Below, in pieces: positions 1 to 9,624 of a DNA stretch of 64,000 bases. The DNA is from an uncultured bacterium (lineage in GTDB: Bacteria; Chloroflexota; UBA5177; JANWHV01). Below the pieces are notes generated by a model. It was given only the letters and a program-made list of their open reading frames with translations. It searched no databases and had not been told where the DNA came from. The translations under genes were made by a program, and so were the position numbers. The stretch is taken from positions 1,536,001 to 1,600,000 of the forward strand of contig CAWHAE010000012.1 in assembly GCA_963827235.1 (NCBI GenBank), in the 5' to 3' direction. Every line of letters starts with the position of its first letter. Positions within the stretch are counted from its first letter, which is position 1.

Positions 1-1765
1 CCTCTGGTCTCTCGCGCATCCCGCGCACCGCGGCGGCATGGGCCTCAGCGAGTACGTGCAGACTGGAAGCATGATCTGCGCCCTGCTCGTCTACGTGGGC
101 CGGCGGAGATTGAGCGTGTCCATCAAGTCCGCCTTTCTGGCCGGCGTGTGGCTCGTTCTTGCCTTCCAGGGACTGTGGACCTATGGCGCCGCCGGCACCG
201 GTATGAGCTATCTGATCGTCTTCGTCCTGCTGGCGACGTTCTTTTTCGGCCTGCGCGGCGGTCTCGTCGCCGGTGCATTGGCGCTGATTGAAGTGAGCGT
301 CTGCCTCGCGGCGGTGCTCACCGGCCGGGTGAGCTTTTCGTCGATCGATCTCAACGCGTACGCGAAGGACCCAACGGTCTGGATCGGCCTGGTACTGATG
401 ACGATCGTTCTGGCCACGGTCGTCGTCTTCATTGCCGTACGGCTTTACCGCGCCCTGCTCGAGGCACTGCGCAGCTCCCACACCCGGCTGGCCGAGCTGC
501 AGACGATGACCGCCGAGCGCGTGGAGCAAGCAGCCGAGGCCAGGGCCCTGGCCGACGCGAGTGCCGCCGTGGCCACCACCCTGGAGCCCCAACAGCTCTG
601 CGACATCATCCTGGAGCATATGACGCGCGTCGTGCCCTGCGACATGGCGGTGATCCTCGCCTATGACCAAGGCTGGGCGGTCGTCATGTCGAGCAGAGGA
701 GAGCCTCGCATGGAACCCGGCACCCGCGTCGCCGGGGTGAGCTCGGGAGCCTGGTACTTCCCGCAATCCGGGGATGCCGCCCAGCTCGCCGGCGATTTGC
801 GCGACGACCCGGACCGCCTGCCTCCTCCGTGGACTGGCGAGCACGAGATGCGAAGCGTGATTGTCCTGCCGCTCGTCATGCGGAGTACCGTCTACGGCTG
901 CCTGAGCATCGGCAGTCTTGCCCCACACGCCCTTACCGAGCGCCACGTGCCGCTTGCCGTCGGCTTCGGCGAGCGTGTCGCCCAGGCATTATGGAACGCC
1001 CATCTCTACCGGCTGGAGCAGGAACGAGCGCGGGCGGCCGAACAGCTCGCGTTCCTCAAGGGTGAGTTTGTCACCACGGTCAGCCACGAACTGCGGACCC
1101 CGCTTGCCGCGGTTCTCGGCTACGCCGAGCTGCTGGACGGCCGATGGGACGACCTCGACGACGCCCGCCGGCGGTCGCACGTGAAGCGCATCGTGAGCGG
1201 CGCCATCCGCCAGCAGCAGCTCATCGAGAACCTGCTTCATCTGGACAGGCTCGATACCACGGCGGTGTTGCTCTCCTGTGAGCCGGTGCCCGTCGATGCC
1301 ATCCTCACCCAGGCGATCGAGGACTTGCGGGACAGCTATCCCGGTCAGCGCGTAGCGTGCGACGTCGAGGACGGTCTGGTTGTCGTCGCGGACGCCGCAC
1401 ACGCCAGGCAGATAGTGGGAAACCTGCTCGACAACGCGGCCAAGTATTCCGACGAAGGCAGTCCCATCACTTTGAATGCCACGCGCGAGGATCGGGCGAT
1501 TGCCATCCGCGTGCGCGATTTTGGACGCGGAATCCCCGAGGCCAGCCGTCCCCTGCTCTTCACCCGCTTTGGCCGCCTGCCCGGAAGCCGCATCCGTGCC
1601 GGGCGGGTGGGGACGGGCCTCGGGCTCTACCTGAGCCGCGAGTTCGCGGCGGCGATGGGCGGGTCGCTCGACCTGGAGACGACCGGTCCCAACGGGAGCG
1701 TTTTCTGCCTGCATTTGCCCTGCTCTGCCGAGCAGCCGGGCGTGGCCGTTCGCCAGGTGGGCTGA
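1..1765 (+). CDS. Membrane GAF-domain sensor histidine kinase (probably 5'-truncated by the window edge)
   Basis: ORF 38..1765: several TM helices, GAF-like region, H-box VSHELRTPL, N-box NLLDNAAKYS, G-boxes DFGRGI/GTGLGL. Confidence 0.9.
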   Translation, partial: LWSLAHPAHRGGMGLSEYVQTGSMICALLVYVGRRRLSVSIKSAFLAGVWLVLAFQGLWTYGAAGTGMSYLIVFVLLATFFFGLRGGLVAGALALIEVSVCLAAVLTGRVSFSSIDLNAYAKDPTVWIGLVLMTIVLATVVVFIAVRLYRALLEALRSSHTRLAELQTMTAERVEQAAEARALADASAAVATTLEPQQLCDIILEHMTRVVPCDMAVILAYDQGWAVVMSSRGEPRMEPGTRVAGVSSGAWYFPQSGDAAQLAGDLRDDPDRLPPPWTGEHEMRSVIVLPLVMRSTVYGCLSIGSLAPHALTERHVPLAVGFGERVAQALWNAHLYRLEQERARAAEQLAFLKGEFVTTVSHELRTPLAAVLGYAELLDGRWDDLDDARRRSHVKRIVSGAIRQQQLIENLLHLDRLDTTAVLLSCEPVPVDAILTQAIEDLRDSYPGQRVACDVEDGLVVVADAAHARQIVGNLLDNAAKYSDEGSPITLNATREDRAIAIRVRDFGRGIPEASRPLLFTRFGRLPGSRIRAGRVGTGLGLYLSREFAAAMGGSLDLETTGPNGSVFCLHLPCSAEQPGVAVRQVG

Positions 1766-1981
1766 CAGCCTTTCGCCCGCCGGGGGAGTCGCCCCTCCCG
1801 CTCACCTGCCATGACAACCCGTTCAAGGCTCGGTCTGCCACCGCACGCTATAGGCACCAAATGCCCCGCGATGGCACAATGAGCTGAAGGATCGTCGAAT
1901 CGGGCGCCCGTCGAGCCATCGCGGGCGTTCTCGCGGCGGGGTGCAACCGCTGTTCTCGTAGCGCGCAAGAAGGATCTCCCA

Positions 1982-2872
1982 GTGCCCAGGCCGGCCAGAG
2001 TCGACAAGCTGCAGCGTCTCAAGGAGCTGGCCGCCCAGCCGGAGGCCGGGATCGACTACGCGCTGACGCTGATCGCGAGCGAGTCCCGCCAGGACATCCT
2101 GGAAGAGGCACTCGCCGTGCTGGCGACCGCACCCGACGACACGCGCGTGCGCGCGGCGATCCTGGCCGCCTACGAGCGCTTCGAGAGCGCCGCCGGGCGA
2201 GGCGACCAGGGGTGCTATGGACGCGTGGCGCTCCTGAAGGCCCTCAGACCGCTGGCTCGGCGTGACGACGGCGCGCTGCTGGCCCGCGCTGCCTCCACCT
2301 ACGAGTTCCTGCCTCCGGGCCGCTCGGAAGTCGCGACGGCACTGCGCTCCGTTGCCCTGGTGGTGCTCAACGACGTCGACGAGCAGATTGCCGCTTATCA
2401 CGCCAGCCGCCTGCTGACGGACCAGCACACGTCCTCGCTCTCCGGCGAGCCCGCGGTCACTGCCGCGCAGACGCTGGCGGCGCAGGGACAATATCTGATC
2501 CTTTATGCATACGCGGTGCGCACCGACGGTGCCGTCATGCCGGAGATCGTGGCCGAATGCCTCCGCAACCTCCGCGGCGTGCCGCTCTCGGTGCTCTGGC
2601 CGCTGGTGGACCGCTACGGTGAGTCGCCGCACGAGATCATCGTGCTCGGCCTCTTCGAGGTGCTCCTGGAGCATCCGGAGCGCCGGGCATTCGTGCCCCA
2701 CATCGTCCAGTTCCTGCGCGAGACCATGCGCATGGACCTCTATCGCTGGCTGGTCAACACGGCGTTGACGAGCAGGGAGCAAAACCTGATCGCCGCCATC
2801 AAGAGCCTCGAGCGCGAGGAGCGCGATCCGCGCAAGCTGGCGATTCTGCACGACGCACTCGCCCTGAGATAG
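1982..2872 (+). CDS. Hypothetical all-helical (HEAT/ARM-like) protein
   Basis: 296-aa ORF with host-like codon usage, AAGGA RBS, Leu/Ala-rich amphipathic helices; no catalytic motif recognised. Confidence 0.7.
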   Translation: MPRPARVDKLQRLKELAAQPEAGIDYALTLIASESRQDILEEALAVLATAPDDTRVRAAILAAYERFESAAGRGDQGCYGRVALLKALRPLARRDDGALLARAASTYEFLPPGRSEVATALRSVALVVLNDVDEQIAAYHASRLLTDQHTSSLSGEPAVTAAQTLAAQGQYLILYAYAVRTDGAVMPEIVAECLRNLRGVPLSVLWPLVDRYGESPHEIIVLGLFEVLLEHPERRAFVPHIVQFLRETMRMDLYRWLVNTALTSREQNLIAAIKSLEREERDPRKLAILHDALALR

Positions 2873-2931
2873 ACGCCCAGATCCCTGCGCTCGAGCAGCT
2901 CTCGCAGGATACATAGTTGGAGGCGACCGCC

Positions 2932-4329
2932 ATGACGGCCACACAGCAGACCATCTCCCCGATCGACGGCACGCTCTGCGTCGAGCGGCCGCTTGCAACC
3001 CCGGAGCAGATCGACCGCGCGCTGGACGAGGCGACGCGGGCACAGCGCGAATGGAAGACCGTGCCGATTGCCGAACGAGCGGCGTATTGCCTGGCCATGG
3101 TCGAGGCCGTCGTGGCGAAGGCCGACGAGCTGGGTCTCGAGCTGACCAGGCAGATGGGCCGTCCCATGCGCTACACGCCGAACGAGATTCGCCGCGGCTT
3201 CGACGAGCGTGCCCGCTACATGATTGCCGCCGCCGAGCAGGCGCTTGCCGACATCCGGATGGAGGCGAAACAGGGCTTCACCCGCTTCATCCGCCGGGAG
3301 CCGCTCGGCGTGGTGCTCACCCTGGCTCCCTGGAACTATCCCTATCTCACCTCCGTCAATGCGGTCATTCCCGCCATCATGGCGGGCAACACGGTCATTC
3401 TCAAGCACTCCAACCAGACGCCGTTGTGCGCCGAGCGCTTCGCCGAGGCCTTCAAGGCCGCCGGTCTGCCGCGCGGCGTGTTCCAGTACCTGCACATGGA
3501 TCATGGCGACGTCGGCAGGGCGATCGGCGACCCTCGCATCGGGTACGTCGCCTTCACCGGATCGGTCGAGGGAGGGCACGCGGTGGTGGAGGCGGCCCGG
3601 CGGCGGTTCCTCAACATGGGCCTGGAGCTTGGCGGCAAGGATCCGGCCTACGTGCGCGCGGATGCCGACATGGAGCACGCGATCGAGAACCTGGTCGACG
3701 GCGCCATGTTCAACTCCGGCCAGTCCTGCTGCGGCATCGAGCGCATCTACGTGCACGAGGCCGTGTTCGACGACTTCGTGGACGGTTACGTCGACCTGAC
3801 CCGCCGCTACACGTTGGGCAATCCTCTCGACGCTGCCACCACGCTGGGGCCGATGGTTCGCACCGGGGCGGCGCAGTTCGTGCGCGCGCAGATCGCCGAG
3901 GCGGTGGAGCGGGGGGCGCGTGCTCTCGTCGATCCGGCGCAGTTTCCGGCCAACCGAGAAGGCACGCCCTACCTCGCTCCGCAGGTACTGGTCGACGTGG
4001 AGCACTCCATGCGCGTGATGAGCGAGGAGACCTTCGGGCCGGTGGTCGGCATCATGCCCGTCTCCGGCGACGACGAGGCTATCCGCCTGATGAACGACAG
4101 CAGGTACGGTCTCACGGCGGCAATCTGGACCGCCGACGTGGACGCGGCAATCGCGATCGGCGACCAGATCGACACGGGCACGTGGTTCATGAATCGCTGC
4201 GACTACCTCGATCCGGCCCTCGCCTGGACCGGTGTGAAGGACTCGGGTCGCGGCTGCACGCTGTCTACCGTGGGCTACGAGTACCTGACGCGGCCCAAAT
4301 CGTATCACCTGCGCACGTCGACCAGGTAG
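2932..4329 (+). CDS. NAD(P)-dependent aldehyde dehydrogenase
   Basis: PWNYP, FTGS, LELGGKDP, GQSCCG (catalytic Cys), EETFGP motifs; GGAGG RBS. Confidence 0.95.
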   Translation: MTATQQTISPIDGTLCVERPLATPEQIDRALDEATRAQREWKTVPIAERAAYCLAMVEAVVAKADELGLELTRQMGRPMRYTPNEIRRGFDERARYMIAAAEQALADIRMEAKQGFTRFIRREPLGVVLTLAPWNYPYLTSVNAVIPAIMAGNTVILKHSNQTPLCAERFAEAFKAAGLPRGVFQYLHMDHGDVGRAIGDPRIGYVAFTGSVEGGHAVVEAARRRFLNMGLELGGKDPAYVRADADMEHAIENLVDGAMFNSGQSCCGIERIYVHEAVFDDFVDGYVDLTRRYTLGNPLDAATTLGPMVRTGAAQFVRAQIAEAVERGARALVDPAQFPANREGTPYLAPQVLVDVEHSMRVMSEETFGPVVGIMPVSGDDEAIRLMNDSRYGLTAAIWTADVDAAIAIGDQIDTGTWFMNRCDYLDPALAWTGVKDSGRGCTLSTVGYEYLTRPKSYHLRTSTR

Positions 4330-4344
4330 AGCGGCCGGCCTTTC

Positions 4345-4406
4345 TTGACATGCTCTTCGGCCGGACTGTAGCATCGGTTATTCCGGCGAGCAGTGAAAGG
4401 CCTTTC
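4345..4406 (+). promoter_or_regulatory. Sigma70-type promoter plus LacI-type operator for the first lacI paralogue
   Basis: TTGACA (4345) -N18- TAGCAT (4369); palindrome GAAAGGCCTTTC at 4395-4406. Confidence 0.7.
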
Positions 4407-4498
4407 CCGCGGCAGCGGACCCGCTTCCGCTTGAACGTGCGTCTTTACGCTCGCAGAGGAAGCCGTCACCCGACCAGCAGGAGCGCGGAGCTGCCAGA

Positions 4499-5569
4499 GT
4501 GGAGGATGCTGGAACCGAACAGCCGGCCACGGGCACACTGCGTAACCCCACCCTGCAGGATGTGGCGCGCATGGCGGGGGTAGCGATCGGCACGGCCTCC
4601 AAGGCGTTGAACGGCGTGGGGAAGCTCAAGCCCGAGACGCGCCGGCGCGTGCAAGAGGCCGCCGAGCAGCTGGGATTCCGTCCGAACGACCTGGCGCAGA
4701 GCCTGATGCGCGGCCGCACGTTCACGGTCGGCCTGCTGACTACCGACAGTTACGGGCGCTTCAGCATTCCGGTGATGATGGGAATCGAGGACGCGCTGGG
4801 GCCGTCGCAGATATCGGTGTTCCTGTGCGACGCGCGGGATAATCCCGAGCGCGAGCAGAAGTACGTCCACGCCCTGCTGGCCAAACGAGTGGATGGGATC
4901 ATCGTCACTGCTCGCCGCACCGATCTGCGCCCTGCCATCGACCTGGGCCGTGCGCACGTGCCCGTCGCCTACGTCTATACTCATGTCTCGGATCCCGACG
5001 CGCTGTGCATATTGCCGGACGACACGCAAGGCGGCCGTCTCGCCACGGAACACCTGCTGCAAACGGGCCGCCGGCATCTTGCGCACATCACCGGTCCGCT
5101 GCGCTTCGAAGCGGCCTGGCAGCGCCTCGAGGGAATGAGGGCCGCAATGCGGGAAAGCGGTCTCGACCTGCAGGATGAGCGGATCGCGGCCGGGGCCTGG
5201 GAGGAGCGGTGGGCACGCGAGGCCGCTAGCTGCCTGCTGGCACGCGATCCGGAGATCGACGGCATCTTCTGCGGCAGCGACCAGCTTGCCCGCGGCGTTC
5301 TCGACGCACTGCACGATCGCGGCCTGCGCGTACCGGACGACGTGGCACTAGTCGGCTACGACAACTGGGAAGTGCTGGCGACCTCCGGCCGCACGCAGAT
5401 CACCAGCGTGGATATGAACCTCTCCGAGCTCGGGCGCTATGCCGGCGCGCGGTTGCTCGCCATGATCGCGGGCGAGCAGGCCTCGGGCACGATCCGTCTA
5501 CCCTGCCGCCTGGTGGTCAGGGAGTCGAGCGGACCGCGTTCGGCGCGGGCATCGACGAGCTCAGAATAG
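4499..5569 (+). CDS. LacI-family transcriptional regulator (paralogue 1)
   Basis: N-terminal HTH TLQDVARMAGVAIGTASKALNG, C-terminal sugar-binding domain (VPDDVALVGYDN, LVVRESS). Confidence 0.95.
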   Translation: MEDAGTEQPATGTLRNPTLQDVARMAGVAIGTASKALNGVGKLKPETRRRVQEAAEQLGFRPNDLAQSLMRGRTFTVGLLTTDSYGRFSIPVMMGIEDALGPSQISVFLCDARDNPEREQKYVHALLAKRVDGIIVTARRTDLRPAIDLGRAHVPVAYVYTHVSDPDALCILPDDTQGGRLATEHLLQTGRRHLAHITGPLRFEAAWQRLEGMRAAMRESGLDLQDERIAAGAWEERWAREAASCLLARDPEIDGIFCGSDQLARGVLDALHDRGLRVPDDVALVGYDNWEVLATSGRTQITSVDMNLSELGRYAGARLLAMIAGEQASGTIRLPCRLVVRESSGPRSARASTSSE

Positions 5570-5676
5570 GAACGGAAGAGGATCCGGCTGCGCGGGCCCG
5601 ACGGCTGTGCCGTGCCTGCTCCTTTGCGGCGCTGCACGATGGCGGCAAGCTATGACAATGTACGGGAGGTTTGACG

Positions 5677-6213
5677 ATGGCCACTGCCTCCAACGCATTT
5701 CCGCCGCGCTCGCCTGCCCCCTGGGCTGAGGTGGTACCCGGTGACGGTCCGGTGACGGTCGATCTGCTGCTGACGCTGCCCGACGACGGATACACGTACG
5801 AGGTCGTGGAAGGGATCTTAGTGCGCATGGCCGGAAGCGGTGATGAAGCAACTAACCTCGGGCTGCACTTGGGCGCGCGCCTGTTTGACTACGTTTTCAG
5901 CCACCGTCTTGGCCGCGTGACCGGTGCCGATGGCGTCTACAAGCTCCCGGGCGCCGAGACGGGCCTCGTCCCGGACGTAGGCTTCTGCCGCGCTGAACGC
6001 CGTGCGCAGATCGTGGACAAGACGAAACCCGTCCCCTTCGCCCCGGATCTGGCGGTGGAGGTTGTGTCACTCGATCAGTGGGCGAACGCGATGGCGGCCA
6101 AGGCTCGTCGCTATCTGCGGGCGGGCACCCACCTCCTCTGGGCCATCTGGCCGCCTCGCTCAGAGAACGACGGAATGATCATAGAGCGCAGGAATCCGGC
6201 ACTGGTGACATAG
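5677..6213 (+). pseudogene. Uma2-family (PD-(D/E)XK) endonuclease-like protein, C-terminally truncated
   Basis: YEVVEG, VPDVGF, APDLAVEVVS, YLRAG motifs; family-like sequence stops after WAIWP. Confidence 0.7.
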
Positions 6214-6233
6214 CCCCCACGCGCAGCGTCGGG

Positions 6234-6623
6234 TCACGCGGAGGTGGCGACCTTCCACAGGTAGCCGTCCGGGTCGCTGAAGTAGCCGAAGTACCCGCCC
6301 CACTGGGCCGCCGCCGGCGCCCGCACCACGCTGCCGCCCGCCGCTTCAGCCTCGCGCAGGACCTCGTCCACCGTGCCGCGGGAATCGACGATGAAGTGGA
6401 AGGAGACGCCGCGGAAACCGGATCCCTCGGACGGGACCCCGGCGTCCTGCGCGGCTGCCTCCCATTCGTAGAGCGCCAGCGGCGAGGATCCCTCGCCCAG
6501 GCTGAGCGACACGAAGGCGGGATAGTCCGCCGTGATCGCGCAGCCGAGGCCCTCGGCATAGAACTTCTTCGCGCGGGCCAGGTCTTTCACGCCGATCATG
6601 ATGGTGCTTGCCTGCAGTGACAT
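6234..6623 (-). CDS. VOC/glyoxalase-family protein
   Basis: GVKDLARAKKFY and WGGYFGYFSDPDGYLWKV motifs; GGAGG RBS. Confidence 0.92.
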   Translation of the reverse strand: MSLQASTIMIGVKDLARAKKFYAEGLGCAITADYPAFVSLSLGEGSSPLALYEWEAAAQDAGVPSEGSGFRGVSFHFIVDSRGTVDEVLREAEAAGGSVVRAPAAAQWGGYFGYFSDPDGYLWKVATSA

Positions 6624-6688
6624 GGTCGTCCTCCGTTGCGTTGCGTTGCGTGGCTGCACATCGACCGGGCGTTGCCGGTCAACTGTAT

Positions 6689-6715
6689 GACAAGTGACGA
6701 AGCGGTAATGTGACA
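6689..6715 (-). promoter_or_regulatory. Putative ECF41-type sigma-factor promoter for the VOC gene
   Basis: Minus strand TGTCACA-N16-TGTC about 65 bp upstream of the ATG; close to the ECF41 consensus TGTCACA-N16-CGTC. Confidence 0.55.
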
Positions 6716-6821
6716 GGAGGCCGGCGGATGACAGCGCCGCCCACAGGCAATACTACCCCGAGCTGCCCGTCGCGGTGATAACGAGCCATGCCGCTGCTCG
6801 CGCTGGGTGCGTTCGATCCCC

Positions 6822-6918
6822 TTGACATGCCTGCCCCGTGCGCGTAGAATGGCGTCGGTGAAGGAAAGGCCTTTCCTGACGTAGGAAATGGGTTTCCCTG
6901 ATGATGAAACCCATTTCC
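6822..6918 (+). promoter_or_regulatory. Sigma70 promoter plus three LacI-type operators for the lacI2-ABC-GH127 operon
   Basis: TTGACA (6822) -N17- TAGAAT (6845); perfect palindrome AGGAAAGGCCTTTCCT 6862-6877; inverted pair GGAAATGGGTTTC 6884-6896 / GAAACCCATTTCC 6906-6918. Confidence 0.85.
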
Positions 6919-6953
6919 CGAATGCGTGGCGGAAGGCGGTTGCGGGGGCAGCG

Positions 6954-8045
6954 ATGACGGACGCTTCGGGCGACCAGCGCGCACAACCGGCAAGCATGCG
7001 CCGCGCCGCGGTCAGCATTCGCGACGTGGCCCGCGCCGCCGGCGTGGCTATCGGCACTGCCTCGAAAGCGCTGAACGGGCAGGGGCAGCTGAAGCCCGAA
7101 ACGCGTGCACGCGTGCAGGAGGCGGCGCAACGCCTGGGTTTCAGCCCCAATGACCTGGCACAGAGCCTGCTGCGTGGCCGCACCTGCACGGTCGGCCTCC
7201 TCACGTCCGACAGCTTTGGCCGCTTTACCATGCCCCTGATGATGGGCATCGAGGACGCGCTCGGGCCGTCGCAGATCTCCGTCTTCCTCTGTGACGCGCG
7301 CGATAACCGCGAGCGCGAGGAGCTCTCGATTCGCTCGTTCCTGGCAAAGCGGGTGGATGGGATCATCGTCACGGCCAGACGCACCGATCCGCGCTGTGCG
7401 ATCGATCTGGGCAGGGCCCAGATTCCCATCGTTTATGCCTATACACACGTGCAGGATGAGAACGCGTCCTGCGTCCTGCCGGACGACACCCAGGGATGCC
7501 GGCTTGCTACCGAACACCTTCTCCAACACGGCCGCCGCCGTTTCGCCTACGTCACCGGACCGCTGCGTTTCATGGCCGTGCGCGAGCGGCTTCTCGGCAT
7601 GCGGCAGGCGCTGTCCGCGGCCGGGCTCGCGGTGCCGGACGAGCACGCTCTCTCGGGTACCTGGGACGAACGGTGGGGATACGATGCCGCTCTCCGGCTG
7701 CTCGCCACGGGAGTGGCGCTGGACGCGGTGGTATGCGGCAACGATCAGCTTGCACGCGGTGTGCTGGACGGCCTGCGCGAGCGCGGCGTGCGTGTGCCCG
7801 ACGACGTCGCGGTCGTCGGCTGCGACAACTGGGACGTGATCACAGCGGCCACCCGGCCGCCACTGACCAGCGTAGACCTGAATCTCTCGGAGCTCGGCCG
7901 CTACGCCGGGCTGCGTCTGCTCGCCATGATGGCCGGCGAGCACATTCCGGGCACGGTGCGCCTTCCCTGCCGCCTCGTGACCCGCAGCTCTTGTGGCAAC
8001 GATCACGCGGGGACGAGTGAGATGGAAGGAGGCGGTTCAGGCTAA
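6954..8045 (+). CDS. LacI-family transcriptional regulator (paralogue 2)
   Basis: HTH SIRDVARAAGVAIGTASKALNG; closely similar to 4499..5569. Confidence 0.95.
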   Translation: MTDASGDQRAQPASMRRAAVSIRDVARAAGVAIGTASKALNGQGQLKPETRARVQEAAQRLGFSPNDLAQSLLRGRTCTVGLLTSDSFGRFTMPLMMGIEDALGPSQISVFLCDARDNREREELSIRSFLAKRVDGIIVTARRTDPRCAIDLGRAQIPIVYAYTHVQDENASCVLPDDTQGCRLATEHLLQHGRRRFAYVTGPLRFMAVRERLLGMRQALSAAGLAVPDEHALSGTWDERWGYDAALRLLATGVALDAVVCGNDQLARGVLDGLRERGVRVPDDVAVVGCDNWDVITAATRPPLTSVDLNLSELGRYAGLRLLAMMAGEHIPGTVRLPCRLVTRSSCGNDHAGTSEMEGGGSG

Positions 8046-8183
8046 AGACAGTGCATGCTGGCGACGCCACACGGTGACAGGTCCGACATGCGTGTGACGG
8101 CGTGCAGAGTGGCGAGGCCACCGTACGATGTCGATCCAAGGATCAGTTTCGTGTGAAGCCTGAGCATATGAGGTTTTCGCAAG

Positions 8184-9455
8184 ATGAAGAAGCGCGCAAT
8201 CATAGGAGCACTGGCACTGCTGGGCATGCTCGGCAGTGGCATCCCCGCCGTGCAGCCCGCGCATGCGGGTCCGATTGAGGTTTCGTTCTGGTCACGCGAT
8301 AGCGATGCCACTGTCGTGCAGGCGATGGCCAAGGCATACAATGCCAGCCAGTCTGCCGTCAAGGTCAACGTCACGATCATCCCTGCCGCCCAGTACTTCA
8401 CCAAGTTCGGTACCGCCGTGGCTGCCGGCGAGGGCCCGGATATCACAGCCATCGACCTCATCTATGTGCCCGCCTTCGCGGCGGCCAACGAGATGACCGA
8501 TATCACGTCGCTGGCCAAGGCGCTGCCGTTCTACAAAGAACTCAGCCCATCCCACACTCGCCTGGCCACCTACAACGGCAAGCAGTATGCAGTGCCATTC
8601 ACCGCCGAGGGCTCGATCCTCTTCTATAACAAGGATCTCTTCGCCAAGGCCGGCCTGGATCCGAACCAGCCACCCACGAATTGGTCCGAGATCGAGCAGG
8701 ATGCCAAGGCCGTGGTGGCGAAGATGGGCAAAGGCTACTATGGCTGGGATTTCGCCAGCCAGTGCGCCGGCTGCAATACCTTCACCTTCCTGCCACTCGT
8801 CTGGGCCAGCGGCGGCGACGTGCTCTCTCCCGATGGCACCAAGGCCACGATCAGCTCATCGCCGCAACTCAAGGCCGCGTTGGCCTTCTACCACCGCATG
8901 TGGGCGGAAGGGCTCATGCCGCCTGGTGTAAAGACCGAGAACGCCACGACCTGGCTCACCGCCTTTACTGCCGGGAAAGTGGCAATGGACAGCTTCGGCG
9001 CGTTCGCCATCGCCACCGTGAAAGCCAATCCCAAGATCCACTTTGGCGTGACCTACATCCCCGGCCAGACTGGCGGCTGGTCCTCCTTCGCCGGCGGCGA
9101 CAGCATCGGTATCCCTCGCGGCTCGCAGCACGTGGCGCAAGCGTGGGAGTTCATCAAGTGGACGATGAGCCAGGCCGCCCAGGTAGATATCGTCGCCAAG
9201 AGCGGCACGGTGCCGATCCGCACCGACTACGCCGCGAACGTCTATTCCAAGCTCGATCCGCGCTATATCACGGCTGCGAGAGCCATGGCCTCCGGGCACA
9301 CTCCTTACAGCGTGCACTACAACGCCCTGTTCAACGACAACAACGGTCCCTTGGCCGGGTTGATCTACAACGGCGTCTTTGGCAACAACCTGGACCAGGC
9401 GCTCAGCACTGCCCAGGCCCAGTTCACGAAGATCCTTAACTCGCCTATCCAGTAG
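8184..9455 (+). CDS. Sugar ABC transporter substrate-binding protein
   Basis: Signal peptide MKKRAIIG..AHA; LFYNKDLFAKAGLDP and AWEFIKW motifs; precedes two permeases. Confidence 0.93.
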   Translation: MKKRAIIGALALLGMLGSGIPAVQPAHAGPIEVSFWSRDSDATVVQAMAKAYNASQSAVKVNVTIIPAAQYFTKFGTAVAAGEGPDITAIDLIYVPAFAAANEMTDITSLAKALPFYKELSPSHTRLATYNGKQYAVPFTAEGSILFYNKDLFAKAGLDPNQPPTNWSEIEQDAKAVVAKMGKGYYGWDFASQCAGCNTFTFLPLVWASGGDVLSPDGTKATISSSPQLKAALAFYHRMWAEGLMPPGVKTENATTWLTAFTAGKVAMDSFGAFAIATVKANPKIHFGVTYIPGQTGGWSSFAGGDSIGIPRGSQHVAQAWEFIKWTMSQAAQVDIVAKSGTVPIRTDYAANVYSKLDPRYITAARAMASGHTPYSVHYNALFNDNNGPLAGLIYNGVFGNNLDQALSTAQAQFTKILNSPIQ

Positions 9456-9464
9456 GTAGAGTTC

Positions 9465-9545
9465 GGTACGCCCAGAGCACCGGCTCGGGGCGTACCGGTA
9501 GGCGCCGCGGTAGCCGCACGCCATCTGGCGGGCGTGCGGCTACCG
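9465..9545 (+). other. Two intercistronic GC-rich stem-loops after the substrate-binding gene
   Basis: CGGTACGCCC..GGGCGTACCG and CGGTAGCCGCACGCC..GGCGTGCGGCTACCG inverted repeats; no U-tract. Confidence 0.7.
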
Positions 9546-9624
9546 GGCAGAGCCGGTGTATGCTGGATGCGACCCGGCTCGTACGCGTTCGCCGGCGCAC
9601 GTTCCAGTCAAGGTGGAGGCTGCA

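Noticed and set aside
2740-4374. Long antisense or alternate-frame ORFs (for example 2740..4374, 15003..17159, 27064..28962, 56616..58289)
   Set aside because: Shadow ORFs expected opposite real genes in high-GC DNA; no recognisable motifs
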